Source of the DNA: an uncultured Verrucomicrobia subdivision 3 bacterium
GTDB lineage: Bacteria; Verrucomicrobiota; Verrucomicrobiia; Limisphaerales; UBA11358
DNA length: 64,000 nt
Assembly (NCBI GenBank): GCA_903850425.1
Contig: CAINLR010000141.1
Span: 45,296 to 109,295, forward strand
Direction of reading: 5' to 3'
Under the pieces are notes generated by a model. The model was given only the letters and a program-made list of their open reading frames with translations, was not told the origin of the DNA and searched no databases. A program made the translations under genes and the position numbers. Within the stretch, counting starts at the first letter, position 1, and each line of letters starts with the position of its first letter. Shown piece after piece: positions 9,207-19,057 of this stretch.

Positions 9207-9310
9207 TGGAAAAGCGGCGGAGGGCCGCCGCAGTCCAAGACGCTTCGCGCGGGTCGCGGCGTCTGAAAACGCCACGCGTCTTGGACTGCGCCAGCCCTCT
9301 GGCACTTTGT
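9207..9310. repeat. REP doublet (inverted pair of the gcagtccaagacgc-type unit)
   Basis: ggaaaagcggcggagggccgccgcagtccaagacgcttcgcgcg...cgcgtcttggactgcgccagccctctggc. The two halves are reverse complements. The same unit flanks the RAYT gene at 35.3-36.1 kb. Confidence 0.8.
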
Positions 9311-9380
9311 GCGAGATACGAACGCCCACGAAATATCCGCTCGAACCCAAGCACGCCCTGCAATGGCAAAGCCTGATTCC

Positions 9381-9415
9381 AAATCGTAAATCGTAAATCG
9401 CAAATCATAAATGCT
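9381..9415. repeat. Tandem heptad array (AAATCGT-type x5) in the batA-batB spacer
   Basis: Direct reading: aaatcgt aaatcgt aaatcgc aaatcat aaatgct. The reverse complement gives GATTTAC/GATTTGC heptads. Confidence 0.8.
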
Positions 9416-10456
9416 TCATGGCACGCGGCGATAACGTGTGTTGGCCAAAATCAACTCCAGCGCGAGCAAGCTCACCGCCGCCAGCAGCGGCCAGTGAAAC
9501 AGCGGCTCGTAAGTCGCATACCGCTTGATTTTGACCTCGGTTTTCTCCAGTTGATCAATCTGGTTGTAAATATTCAGCAACTCGCGCCGGTTAGTCGCGC
9601 GATAAAATTTCCCATGCGACAGGTCCGCCATTTTGCCGAGCACGGAATAATTCGCCGGCTGCAACAACAGCGTCGGAATGACATTGCCATTGGCATCGAG
9701 TTTTAGTTTTCCCGTGGCGGGATCGAACGCCGGCATGTAACACGGTTTCTCAATGCCGATGCCGATGGTGTAAATCTTCGACCCCACGGCGGCGGCCAGT
9801 TGCGCGGCCGGGAAGGGTTCGATCTCGCCTTTGTTGTTATCGCCATCGGTCAGCAAAATAATGACGCGGCTCTTGCTGTTCGGCACAGCCTTGAGGCGCT
9901 TGGCCGCAACCACAATCGCATCGCCGATGGCCGTGCCCAGATCGCCAATCGTGCCGACGTGCAGCCGGTGTAAGTTCTCGGCGAGCCAGTCGTGGTTCAG
10001 GGTCAGCGGGCTGGCGAGATAGGGCACGCCCGAGAAAACGACCAACCCAATGCGATCATTGGGCCTCTTGTGGATGAAATCGCCCAGCACCTCGTCGGCA
10101 ATGTCGAAGCGCGTCACTTTTTCGCTGGGCGCACCCATGTCTATCGCCGCCATGGACCACGACAGATCCAGCACGAGCATGATGTCAATGCCCGGTGTCT
10201 CGGTTTCAACGTGGTGGTTCGCCAGTCGTGGCCCGGCCAAAGTCACAATGCCCAGCGCGACCACGAGCAGCCGCAGAAAAATTAAAATCCGTCCCGGTGC
10301 CGCCTTGGCTTTGGCTCCCGCGGCGCGTGCAATCTCCGCGCTGGAAAACTTCAGCGCCGAGAACGTGCCAACCTTTCCGCGCAGCAACGCATAGATCGGC
10401 AATAGCGCGAGCAGGCTGAGCAACCACGGATATTCAAATTCAAAATTCTCCATCAT
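9416..10456 (-). CDS. BatA-like von Willebrand factor A domain membrane protein
   Basis: 346 aa with N-terminal TM helices. The VWA block is DIMLVLDLSWSMAAIDM...RVIILLTDGDNNKGE, and there is a C-terminal TM helix. It has a 4-nt overlap with the upstream gene. Confidence 0.85.
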   Translation of the reverse strand: MMENFEFEYPWLLSLLALLPIYALLRGKVGTFSALKFSSAEIARAAGAKAKAAPGRILIFLRLLVVALGIVTLAGPRLANHHVETETPGIDIMLVLDLSWSMAAIDMGAPSEKVTRFDIADEVLGDFIHKRPNDRIGLVVFSGVPYLASPLTLNHDWLAENLHRLHVGTIGDLGTAIGDAIVVAAKRLKAVPNSKSRVIILLTDGDNNKGEIEPFPAAQLAAAVGSKIYTIGIGIEKPCYMPAFDPATGKLKLDANGNVIPTLLLQPANYSVLGKMADLSHGKFYRATNRRELLNIYNQIDQLEKTEVKIKRYATYEPLFHWPLLAAVSLLALELILANTRYRRVP

Positions 10457-11148
10457 GCGCGCCGGCCTTGAGTTGAGGTTGCGGCCAAAGGCCGGAGTTG
10501 CGCCCGCCGCTGCTCGGCGCGCTCGATCAAATTCAACGCCTGATCTACGGCCTTGATTGGGACTGAAGCTGTCGCCGATGAAAACTTTTGCGCGTCACAG
10601 GCGCGCAAGAAATCAATCGCCGTCACGGCAAGCTCCGCGCCTATTTGGTCGCGGCCGGAAAGCAGCCGACCGAATTCGGCGGTGGTGAATTCGCCCGCCG
10701 GCAGTTGAAAGGCCGCGATGAAATAATGGCGGACGACCTGAGAGACGCGACTGAGAATCGCGCCGTCCTCCGGCTGCTGTCGCAGGCTTGCCAACGCCTG
10801 GCGAACTTGTTCTTCGGGAGAAATAATGTTTTTTGATTGGGAACGGCCGATCAGCCAGAGGACCAGCGCCATTACAACAATCGCAGCAAGCCCCACTAAA
10901 ATCATAGAACTTGCATGCTGCTCGACGAACGTGGGCGGCAACTCGCCATAAGGTGGCAATAACTTCAACGGGCCACTTTTATCGGCCGCGCCGGTCTGGC
11001 CATGAAGCGGTCGTGTGATAAGAAGAAGCAAAATCATCAAGGGAAACATCCCACAACGAACATCCCACAACGAACATCCACTCAAGCCAAGGCGCGTGGG
11101 CGTTGGCTGTTGGATGTTCGTTGTTGGATGTTGGATGTTTTTCATCAT
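10453..11148 (-). CDS. Small membrane protein in the DUF4381 position of bat operons (alternative start at 11049)
   Basis: It sits between the DUF58 and batA genes. It has one TM helix (MILVGLAAIVVMALVLWLIG) followed by a helical tail. The first 33 codons are read through palindromic element B. An internal MFPLMILLLL start lies at 11049. Confidence 0.55.
   Translation of the reverse strand: MMKNIQHPTTNIQQPTPTRLGLSGCSLWDVRCGMFPLMILLLLITRPLHGQTGAADKSGPLKLLPPYGELPPTFVEQHASSMILVGLAAIVVMALVLWLIGRSQSKNIISPEEQVRQALASLRQQPEDGAILSRVSQVVRHYFIAAFQLPAGEFTTAEFGRLLSGRDQIGAELAVTAIDFLRACDAQKFSSATASVPIKAVDQALNLIERAEQRRAQLRPLAATSTQGRRA
11045..11139. repeat. Palindromic GAT-heptad element B (arms 11045-11080 and 11108-11139)
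   Basis: The left arm is aacatcccacaacgaacatcccacaacgaacatcca and the right arm is tgttggatgttcgttgttggatgttggatgtt. It has the same architecture as element A. Confidence 0.85.
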
Positions 11149-12101
11149 TACCGACGCCTCCGGCCCCGGCGGATTTCAAAAAACCGCTGCAGGGTTTGAG
11201 CAAACGGTTCGACCGTGTTCAGCCGCAAGGTATCCACCGCGGTGCGGTTCAACGACTGGTCCAGTTGCTCCAATCGTTCTTCGTTAATCGAAGCGAAGCG
11301 ATTGCGGACTGCGCTGCGACTGGAGTCCAGTTCGAGGATTTCGCCCGTCTCGGCATCTTCAATCGTGAGCAATCCGGCATCCGGCAACTGACTTTCGCGC
11401 GGATCGTGCAGATGCAAGCAGACCAGATCGTGCCGCGCGTTCGTGATCCCGAGTTCTTGGATGACGTCGCGCCCCCTCAGCCCGCCCCTTTCGCCATCCG
11501 ATGGGGAGAGGCTGGCGAAGCCGGGTGCGGGGTTCGTCGCGCTGTGCAAAAAATCCGTAAGCAGAAAAACAATCGAGCGGCGCGGCAAGGTGTGATTCAA
11601 AAACGCCAGGGCAGCGGGAATATCCGTGCCGCGCTTCTTCGGCGTGAAGGCGAGCATTTCGCGGACGATGCGCAAAATATGGCGACGGCCTTTGCGCGGC
11701 GGAATGAACAATTCCACCGACTCGGTGAACAGCAGCAGCGCGACTTTATCGCCGTTGCGCGTGGCGGAAAGCGCGAGCGTGGCGGCGACCTCGGCGGCGT
11801 ATTCGCGTTTGGAACGATCGCCCGAACCGAAGGCTGATGAGCCGGAGACATCCACCGCCAGCACGGCGGCGAGTTCGCGTTCCTCGCGGAAGCGTTTCAC
11901 GAATGGCCGGCCCATGCGATGGGTGACGTTCCAGTCGATGTCGCGCACATCGTCGCCCGGGATGTATTCGCGCAACTCCTCGAAGTCCATGCCGCGCCCC
12001 TTGAAATGGCTCAAGTAGGCGCCCACCATCGTGTCGTTGACGAGGCGATTGGTGCGCAACTCCACGCGGCGGACGGTTTCCAAGAGTTCAGTGATTGTCA
12101 T
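11148..12101 (-). CDS. DUF58 family protein (MoxR-associated, VWA-like)
   Basis: Start set at MTITELLETVRRVELRTNRL.., matching the start of the duplicated fragment at 19315. Motifs present are YIPGDDVRDIDWNVTHR and LAVDVSGS. The 34 extra N-terminal codons in the track ORF are unsupported. Confidence 0.85.
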   Translation of the reverse strand: MTITELLETVRRVELRTNRLVNDTMVGAYLSHFKGRGMDFEELREYIPGDDVRDIDWNVTHRMGRPFVKRFREERELAAVLAVDVSGSSAFGSGDRSKREYAAEVAATLALSATRNGDKVALLLFTESVELFIPPRKGRRHILRIVREMLAFTPKKRGTDIPAALAFLNHTLPRRSIVFLLTDFLHSATNPAPGFASLSPSDGERGGLRGRDVIQELGITNARHDLVCLHLHDPRESQLPDAGLLTIEDAETGEILELDSSRSAVRNRFASINEERLEQLDQSLNRTAVDTLRLNTVEPFAQTLQRFFEIRRGRRRR

Positions 12102-12616
12102 TGGGAAACGCAATAAACCCCAGGCAAACACTGTGGTTCTGCGAAGCTTTGCCGTTTGGGCAAACCTGTGCAAAAACCGGCATAACGGGGCAAAGAAGGG
12201 CAAAGAAAGGGGCCAAGGGTTTGCACCCGTTCAATTCCCGATCAGTTGTTTCTGCCGATGACATTTTGCGATATTGTTGGCCGAACGTTGCTATCACGTC
12301 GAGCTTCATTCGGCATATTTTCAGCCATTAAACGACGCGTGTCCACACCGATGCTTTGCATGGCTAAAAACACCGAGAATGAGCTGGTGAGGCACGACAC
12401 AGCCCTCGCCAAAAAATAGCGAGCGGCGGTCTTGCGAGCGCTTGGGCGGAATAGTCTCGATCTTAGCCGGTGCGGAAAGGATCAGACCTGGATTTGCCGC
12501 TTTGGCCGGAAGCGGACCAGCGGCGTGATCTGATCACGCACCGCCTGCTTAATTACGCCCGTGCATTTGCCAGCCGAGCGCTATTTTCACTGGCACACCC
12601 AGATGTCAAATCCCGG

Positions 12617-15600
12617 CTAGGGCGAAAGCCGCACCCGGTAGTAACGGCGACCAGACGAACCGGCATTGGTGTCGTTATATTGAAATGGGGTGGCGGGTGC
12701 GAGATTGGTCAGCAGATCGCTCCAGAGCGACAAATTTGTGCTGGTGGAAATGATGTAGTCCGGCCCGGTGGTGCCGTTAACCTGCAATTTAAACTGCGCG
12801 TTGGTGTAGCCAAGTGCGGTCAATGTGACCGGAGTCAATGGGCGCACGATCACGGAGAATGACTTGCTGTCGCTCAAATGCTGGCTGTTGATTGCCAGAG
12901 GACTATTGTCCGTTACTTGCACCTGAATCGTGTTCGTGGTGTTTGCCAGCGCCGTGGTTGGGCGCCAGTTGAACACCCCTGCAGTGGTGATTCCCGCGCC
13001 GGCAGGCGGACTGATGAGTGAGAATGTCAGGGCATTGGCGGGGAGGTCGGCATCCGTTGCCGTCGCGGTGAAGCTGACGGTCTGGCCTGGATTCACGCTG
13101 AAGTTAGCCAATGCCCCCAGCACCGGAGCGACATTCACTTCGTTGACCACTACGGTAAAGCTATTCGTCGCCGACAAATTGGGCGAACCATTATCAATGA
13201 CCTTCGTCGTGAAAGTATTTGTGCTCGGCCCGTCGGCTTCAGTCGTCGCCCAGGTGATGATGCCATTAGTCGAAATTGTCGCGGCGGTCGGTGCCACCAA
13301 CAGCGAATAGCTCAGCAGATTAGTGGGGATGTCCGCGTCCGTAGCAGTGTTGGTGACGAGGAGTGTTGTCAGTTCGTTGATCATCACTTGGGTTTGCGTG
13401 GGCAGCACCGGGGCGCTGTTCACTTCATTAACGACAATTTGATAACTATTGGTAACACTCAATGATTTCGCATTGATCGCCAGCGGATTCGTATCGGTGA
13501 CGCTGATCGTGACGGTGTTAGTGCTCGGTCCTTGCGCTTCAGTTGGCGTCCAGGTGATGGCGCCACTGGTGGAAACCGCGAGTCCGGACGGACCGGAAAC
13601 CAAGGCAAAGACTAATGGGTTGGAGGGTTGGTCGGCGTCGGTCGCGGTGGCCGTCGCAGAATAGAGGGCCAACTCATTGATATTCGTGTTCGCCGGCAAC
13701 GTCAGGACCGGCGCTACGTTCACCTCATTCACAAAAACAGTAAAGGAGTTGGTCGCGCTCAGGCTTTTGGCATTGACCGCATAAACATTGCTGTCCGTAA
13801 CCACGGTGGTGAAAATATTCGTGCCGGGGCCCTGCGCTTCTGTCGGCGTCCAGGTGATAATGCCGTTCGTGCTGATGACGGCATTGGTTGGCGCCACGAG
13901 CAGGCTGTAAGTCAACGGATTTACCGGCAGATCCGCATCCACCGCCGTGTTGGTCACAACCAGCGTCGTCAATTCGTTGACCGAGAGATTCGTCTGCGTC
14001 GGCAGGACTGGCGCCGTGTTGATCTCATAAACGATGACGCTGAAAGTATTCGTATCACTCAAGCTGGGGGCTCCATTGTCGGCTACTTTCATCGTAAAGG
14101 TGTTGGTGCTGGGCCCTTGCGCTTCATTGGGCGTCCAGGTAATCACACCGGCGGCCGAAAGGCTCGCATTCGTGGGTGCAGCCAGCAGGGTGTAAGTCAA
14201 ACTATCTGCCGGAAGGTCCAGGTCAGTGGCCGTATTGGTCACGACTAATACCGTTAGTTCGTTGATGGCGCGATTAGTTTGCGCCGACAAAATCGGCGCT
14301 GAGTTCAACACGGCGAGAGTGAAGATGGCGGCCCCATAATTTGTGCTCCACGCTTGTTTTGAAGGTAAAAGAAAATTGGTGAATACTCCGGTCTGCGATC
14401 CGTAGGACAGGACGTCAAAAGAATTGCCGGCAATGGGATAGTAACCATTGTTCAAAGTCACGCTGACCGTGCCGGCAAGCGTTGCGCTGCCAGACAGATA
14501 GATTCGACCGTAGTCGCTGAGAGTATTGATGCCAAAATTCAACCGGCCACCCGAGAGGTCATAAATCCCATTCAAACTGATGGTGCCCGCCTGGGCGTCC
14601 AAAGTCCCCAAATTGAAGAATGGAGCATAGATGGTCGCCGTGTCACTGCCGCTGGATTTTCGGACTGTGCCATAGTTTACCACGGAAGGTGTGCCACTAC
14701 CACTGCCGTCGTTATAATAGGCAATTAATGAACCGGTCTGTAAGTCAATCACACCTCTTTCCGCATTCACCAGCAACCCGTTGCCACCACCATAGGCAGA
14801 ATATTGAATGCAGCGGATGCCGCCATTCGTGAGCACGATGGTTCCACGATTGGTAATCACCCCAACGAATTCCAAATAACTACCATTGCCGGGATTTACC
14901 ACCAGCATACCATTCGTCGCCACAGAACCCACGCTGGTGGATGCGATCTGCCCGCTACTCCAAACCAACTGGCCCGCGATGCTGCCGTTAAGCGCCAGGG
15001 TGCCGCCGTTCAGGCCGTTCGTTCCCGCGCCTGTAATCGTGCCATCCATTTCATAGTTATTGGGGTAAGCCACGGTTGCCCCAGGTTCGGCCTGATACAC
15101 GCCGCTGCCATTGCCACCGCCGTTCAGACTGATTGTGCCGGATTGCGCGTCCAACAGGCCGGCATTGTAGAACGGGGCAGCGATGACGGTCGTATCGTTA
15201 CCATTGGATTTACGCACGGTGCCATCATTGACCAGCGAAGGAGTGCCGGTGCCGGTGCCGTCCGTGTAATAGGCAATTAAGGCTCCGGTCTGGAAGTCAA
15301 TCAACCCCCCGGCCGCATTCACCAGCAAGCCATGACCACCACCGTAGCTGGAATATTCGATGCAGCGAATGCCGCCGTTCGTCAGCACGATGGTTCCACG
15401 ATTGGTAATCACCCCAACGAATTCCACATAGCTGCCATTGCCGGGATTTACCGACAACACGGCATTCGTCGCCACCGTCAAGACGCAGCCCGCGCCAATC
15501 TGGCCACCATTCCAATCAAGCCGGCTGGCGATCACAGCATTGGTGCCCGCCAAAACCGCATCGCCCGATAGGATCGCAGCGGCCGTATTCAAGCTCCCGT

Positions 15601-17059
15601 TCACGGCAATCTCGCCATGCACAAAGGTATCCAGGCCAGCACCGGTCAGCGCGCTGCCCACTTGATAATCATTGGCGAAACTCAAGGTGGCTCCGGCCTC
15701 GGCCAAAAACACGCCGTTGCCGCTGCCACCAGCACCACTTAGGCTGAGCGTGCCGGTTTGCACATCCAAGGTTCCGGCATTAAAAAATGGCGGCTTAATG
15801 ACCGTCGTGTCCGCACTGTGGGATTTGCGGATGATCCCATAGTTGACCACCGATGGGGTTCCAATACCGCTGCCGTCCGTATAAAAATCAATGAGCGAAC
15901 CACTCTGCAGATCGATCAGACCGCTCGCGGCATTCACCAATAATCCGCGACCACTTCCATAACTACCGTATTCAATGCAACGAATGCCGCCGTTGGTCAA
16001 CTGGACTCTGCCATAGTTGGTCACCACACCGGAAAATTCCAAGTAGCTGCCGTTACTCGGATTTACCACCATCTGTCCATTGGTCGCGACGGAACCCACG
16101 CTGGCCGCGCTAATCTGCCCGCCAACCCAGAGCAGTTGACCAGTTACCTTGCCATTCAGCGTGAGGTATCCACCGGTTAACACATTGGTTCCAGCCCCGG
16201 CCATTGTGCCGTCCACCTGATAGTTATTCGGATAGACGATCGTCGCCCCCGCCTCGGCTTGATAGACGCCCCCGCCATTGCCGCCGCCATCCAAGCTGAT
16301 GGATCCCGTCTGCGCATCTAAAGTTCCATAATTATACAACGGAGCCTTAATGTCAGTAGTATCGCTGCCATTCGATTTGTGGATGGTGCCGTAATTGACT
16401 ACGGCGGGAATGCCGCTACCGCTGCCGTCCGCGTAATACTCCAAATAGCTGCCGCTTTGCAGGTCAATCAGTCCGCCAGCGTTGTTCATCAGCAAGCCGT
16501 AACCACCGCCGTAGCTGCTCAGTTCAATGCAACGAATGCCGCCATTGGTAATCGCCATGACGCCGCGGTTGGTAATGACGCCTGAGAATTCCAAGTAGCT
16601 GCCCGGGCTAGGATTCACCATCACCAAGCCATTCGTCGCTACCGCCAGAAAACAATCCCCGTTGATCCGGCCGGCGGTCCAATCCATTCGCCCATTAATG
16701 GTGAGCAGGCCGCCACCCGCCAAAACGCCGCCATTGAGCGCGAGGATGCCGTTGGTGTTTACCCGACTGGAGCTGGTCAGGGTCAGACTATTCGCTCCCG
16801 AAGAAAGGGTCTGCTTGCCACTGTTGCCGCCCAGCGTCAGGCTGGCGACGGCGGCGGCAAGATCCAGCGTGACCGAGTAGGTCCCGGCCTGAGTGACCAG
16901 GACATCATTGGTCGGTCCGGGAACCTGATTAGGCGACCAACTGGCTGCATCACTCCAATTCCCCCCGGCCAAGTTCGTCCAAGTGATGCTCGTGGCCCGG
17001 GCGGAATAACTTAAGAGAAGGAAGACGCTAAGAATAACACCTGATAATTGTTTGTGCAT
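12617..17059 (-). CDS. Large secreted repeat adhesin-like protein (4 x ~185-aa Cys-containing repeats, 5 x cadherin-like repeats, C-terminal YYRV module)
   Basis: It has a signal peptide, MHKQLSGVILSVFLLLSYSARA. There are four repeats centred on TNGGIRCIE(Y/L)SSYGGG.GLL.NA.GLID.Q(S/T)G. There are five ~100-aa units of the form APVL..QTN...NEL..L.VTNTATDADLP.N.L.Y.L...P..A.I...G.ITWTPTEAQGPSTN. The C-terminus is ...GRRYYRVRLSP. Confidence 0.8.
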   Translation of the reverse strand: MHKQLSGVILSVFLLLSYSARATSITWTNLAGGNWSDAASWSPNQVPGPTNDVLVTQAGTYSVTLDLAAAVASLTLGGNSGKQTLSSGANSLTLTSSSRVNTNGILALNGGVLAGGGLLTINGRMDWTAGRINGDCFLAVATNGLVMVNPSPGSYLEFSGVITNRGVMAITNGGIRCIELSSYGGGYGLLMNNAGGLIDLQSGSYLEYYADGSGSGIPAVVNYGTIHKSNGSDTTDIKAPLYNYGTLDAQTGSISLDGGGNGGGVYQAEAGATIVYPNNYQVDGTMAGAGTNVLTGGYLTLNGKVTGQLLWVGGQISAASVGSVATNGQMVVNPSNGSYLEFSGVVTNYGRVQLTNGGIRCIEYGSYGSGRGLLVNAASGLIDLQSGSLIDFYTDGSGIGTPSVVNYGIIRKSHSADTTVIKPPFFNAGTLDVQTGTLSLSGAGGSGNGVFLAEAGATLSFANDYQVGSALTGAGLDTFVHGEIAVNGSLNTAAAILSGDAVLAGTNAVIASRLDWNGGQIGAGCVLTVATNAVLSVNPGNGSYVEFVGVITNRGTIVLTNGGIRCIEYSSYGGGHGLLVNAAGGLIDFQTGALIAYYTDGTGTGTPSLVNDGTVRKSNGNDTTVIAAPFYNAGLLDAQSGTISLNGGGNGSGVYQAEPGATVAYPNNYEMDGTITGAGTNGLNGGTLALNGSIAGQLVWSSGQIASTSVGSVATNGMLVVNPGNGSYLEFVGVITNRGTIVLTNGGIRCIQYSAYGGGNGLLVNAERGVIDLQTGSLIAYYNDGSGSGTPSVVNYGTVRKSSGSDTATIYAPFFNLGTLDAQAGTISLNGIYDLSGGRLNFGINTLSDYGRIYLSGSATLAGTVSVTLNNGYYPIAGNSFDVLSYGSQTGVFTNFLLPSKQAWSTNYGAAIFTLAVLNSAPILSAQTNRAINELTVLVVTNTATDLDLPADSLTYTLLAAPTNASLSAAGVITWTPNEAQGPSTNTFTMKVADNGAPSLSDTNTFSVIVYEINTAPVLPTQTNLSVNELTTLVVTNTAVDADLPVNPLTYSLLVAPTNAVISTNGIITWTPTEAQGPGTNIFTTVVTDSNVYAVNAKSLSATNSFTVFVNEVNVAPVLTLPANTNINELALYSATATATDADQPSNPLVFALVSGPSGLAVSTSGAITWTPTEAQGPSTNTVTISVTDTNPLAINAKSLSVTNSYQIVVNEVNSAPVLPTQTQVMINELTTLLVTNTATDADIPTNLLSYSLLVAPTAATISTNGIITWATTEADGPSTNTFTTKVIDNGSPNLSATNSFTVVVNEVNVAPVLGALANFSVNPGQTVSFTATATDADLPANALTFSLISPPAGAGITTAGVFNWRPTTALANTTNTIQVQVTDNSPLAINSQHLSDSKSFSVIVRPLTPVTLTALGYTNAQFKLQVNGTTGPDYIISTSTNLSLWSDLLTNLAPATPFQYNDTNAGSSGRRYYRVRLSP

Positions 17060-17207
17060 AAAACTCTAATAATTAAGATGAACATTAAACACCTCGCAGG
17101 ATTTGTAAAGCCAAACCCATGTCGTTTTTCTTGGTTCAGTAACTAGTTCAATGTTCTAGCTTTTGTGGGCATGGCCGAGCGCCGCCAATGACTGTTTAGC
17201 CGCGGAA

Positions 17208-18944
17208 TCATTGACCAGCGTAGGCGACGCGCCAGAGCGTGCCATTGCCATCCTCGCTCACCAGCAACGCGCCATCGTGCGCCACGGCTACGCCCACCGG
17301 CCGCCCCCACACGCTATGGTTGTCCACCACAAACCCGGTCAGAAAGTCTTCGTAGTCGCCGGTGGGAAGGCCGTGCTCGAGATGCGCGCGCACGACCTTG
17401 TAGCCCGTGCGCAACGAGCGATTCCACGAACCATGCAGCGCGGCAAAGGCTTCCCCGCGATAGGCGGCCGGGAACACCGCCCCGCCGTCGGTGGCGGTAT
17501 AGAAGGTCATCTCCAACGAGGCCGAATGCGCTTGCTCAAGAATGTCGGGGACAATGACCTTGCCCGCGAGATCCGGGCGCTCACCGGCATGCCGTGGGTC
17601 TGCGTGGCTGCCTGAATAATACCAAGGCCAGCCGTAGAATCCGCCTTCCTTTACCCGCGTGACATAATCCGGCACCAGGTCATCGCCCAAGCCGTCGCGT
17701 TCATTGGTGGAAACCCACAAGTCGCCGGTTTCCGGATTCACCGCCAGCCCGACGCCGTTGCGAATACCGGTCGCGAATGCACGCAGCGGTGCGTGTCCCT
17801 CGGGATCGGTGACGAGAATATTCGCCCGGCGGGTTTCTGCGCCCCAAGCGGCACCCAAGCCATGCGCGGCTTCCCACTCCGCGATGGCTTGCGGATTCTT
17901 TTTGCCCATGTCCTCGGCCACATTGGAGCCAGAACCAACCGAGATAAACATACGTTTGCCGTCGCGGGAAAATGCCACGTCGCGCGTGCTATGCCCGCCG
18001 TGGCTGTCGCTGAGCTGCGGGACAACGATCTGAGCCTCGCCGCGCGCCTTCAAATCGCCGTTGCCATACGCGAAGCGGACGACCGAGTTATTGTTCGCGA
18101 CATAGACCCACTGCGGATTATCTCCGGCAGGATAAAAGGCGATGCCGAAAGGCTGATCGAGGCCGGCGGCAAAAATCTGATTTTCCGAGGGCGCGTCCGC
18201 TCCGTCGGCTGCGCGCAAGACGCGGATTCGACGCGCGCCGGTTTCCGCGAGAAAAATGTCGCCATTCGGCGCCACGCGCAACAAGCGCGGATTGGATAGG
18301 CCAGCGGCAAACTGGCGCACGGTAAAGCCGGGGGGAACCGACAGCGTGGCACCAGCGGGTTGTTTGACCACTTGCGGCCCATTGCCCGCCGAAGCGGTTC
18401 GGAACGGCGGCGGCAACGCGGCGGCGAGGATGTGGTGCTTGACTCCCGGAGCCGCATGTTGCCAAGCCCCGCCGTCCGCTTCCACCGTCGCCGGCAATAG
18501 TTGCACCACACTGTTGGAGAGCGTAACTCCGGCCGGAATCATCAGCGTCGCAAGGTAAGCAATCACATCGAGACGGTTGGTGGCCTCCGGCACGGGCAAC
18601 GGCATGGTGGTGCCCGGAACCGCCAGCAACGGATTCACCAGGAAGTGGTCCAGCGTGGCGGAATCCCAGACGATCCCTGATTCACTCAGAGCTTTCGTGT
18701 GGTTAAAACCCAAACTAGAACCAGCGCGCCGCCCCACGACGCCGACCAGCGTGGGGCCTTGTTTGATGATCACCGTGTTGCCCGGCCCCAAGTTGGGCGT
18801 GTGACAGATGGCGCAGTTCGCTTGAAAAAAAGCTTTGCCACGGCTGGAATCGCCCGCCGCCCGATCCTGGGCTGCCGCCGGATGGCCAGCCCCGGCCACT
18901 GCCAGCACGATGAAAAAAAGCCCGCGGAGAAATGACAGCTTCAT
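17208..18944 (-). CDS. Cytochrome c domain fused to PQQ-dependent (sorbosone/glucose dehydrogenase-type) beta-propeller oxidoreductase
   Basis: It has a signal peptide and a CAICH haem-binding motif near the N-terminus. These are followed by a ~400-aa region typical of soluble sugar dehydrogenases (PNGDIFLAETGARRIRVL.., DGKRMFISVGSGSN, GIRNGVGLAVNPETGDLWVSTNERDGLGDDLVPDY). Confidence 0.8.
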   Translation of the reverse strand: MKLSFLRGLFFIVLAVAGAGHPAAAQDRAAGDSSRGKAFFQANCAICHTPNLGPGNTVIIKQGPTLVGVVGRRAGSSLGFNHTKALSESGIVWDSATLDHFLVNPLLAVPGTTMPLPVPEATNRLDVIAYLATLMIPAGVTLSNSVVQLLPATVEADGGAWQHAAPGVKHHILAAALPPPFRTASAGNGPQVVKQPAGATLSVPPGFTVRQFAAGLSNPRLLRVAPNGDIFLAETGARRIRVLRAADGADAPSENQIFAAGLDQPFGIAFYPAGDNPQWVYVANNNSVVRFAYGNGDLKARGEAQIVVPQLSDSHGGHSTRDVAFSRDGKRMFISVGSGSNVAEDMGKKNPQAIAEWEAAHGLGAAWGAETRRANILVTDPEGHAPLRAFATGIRNGVGLAVNPETGDLWVSTNERDGLGDDLVPDYVTRVKEGGFYGWPWYYSGSHADPRHAGERPDLAGKVIVPDILEQAHSASLEMTFYTATDGGAVFPAAYRGEAFAALHGSWNRSLRTGYKVVRAHLEHGLPTGDYEDFLTGFVVDNHSVWGRPVGVAVAHDGALLVSEDGNGTLWRVAYAGQ

Positions 18945-19057
18945 ATTAAAATAAGTTCGGTTGCATTAAAATGCTGCGGGATGCTAATGAATTAACCTGC
19001 CGGATGTCAGTATCATTCGTAATGCGTTCCATCACCCAGAACGATGGCAGGATGCGC

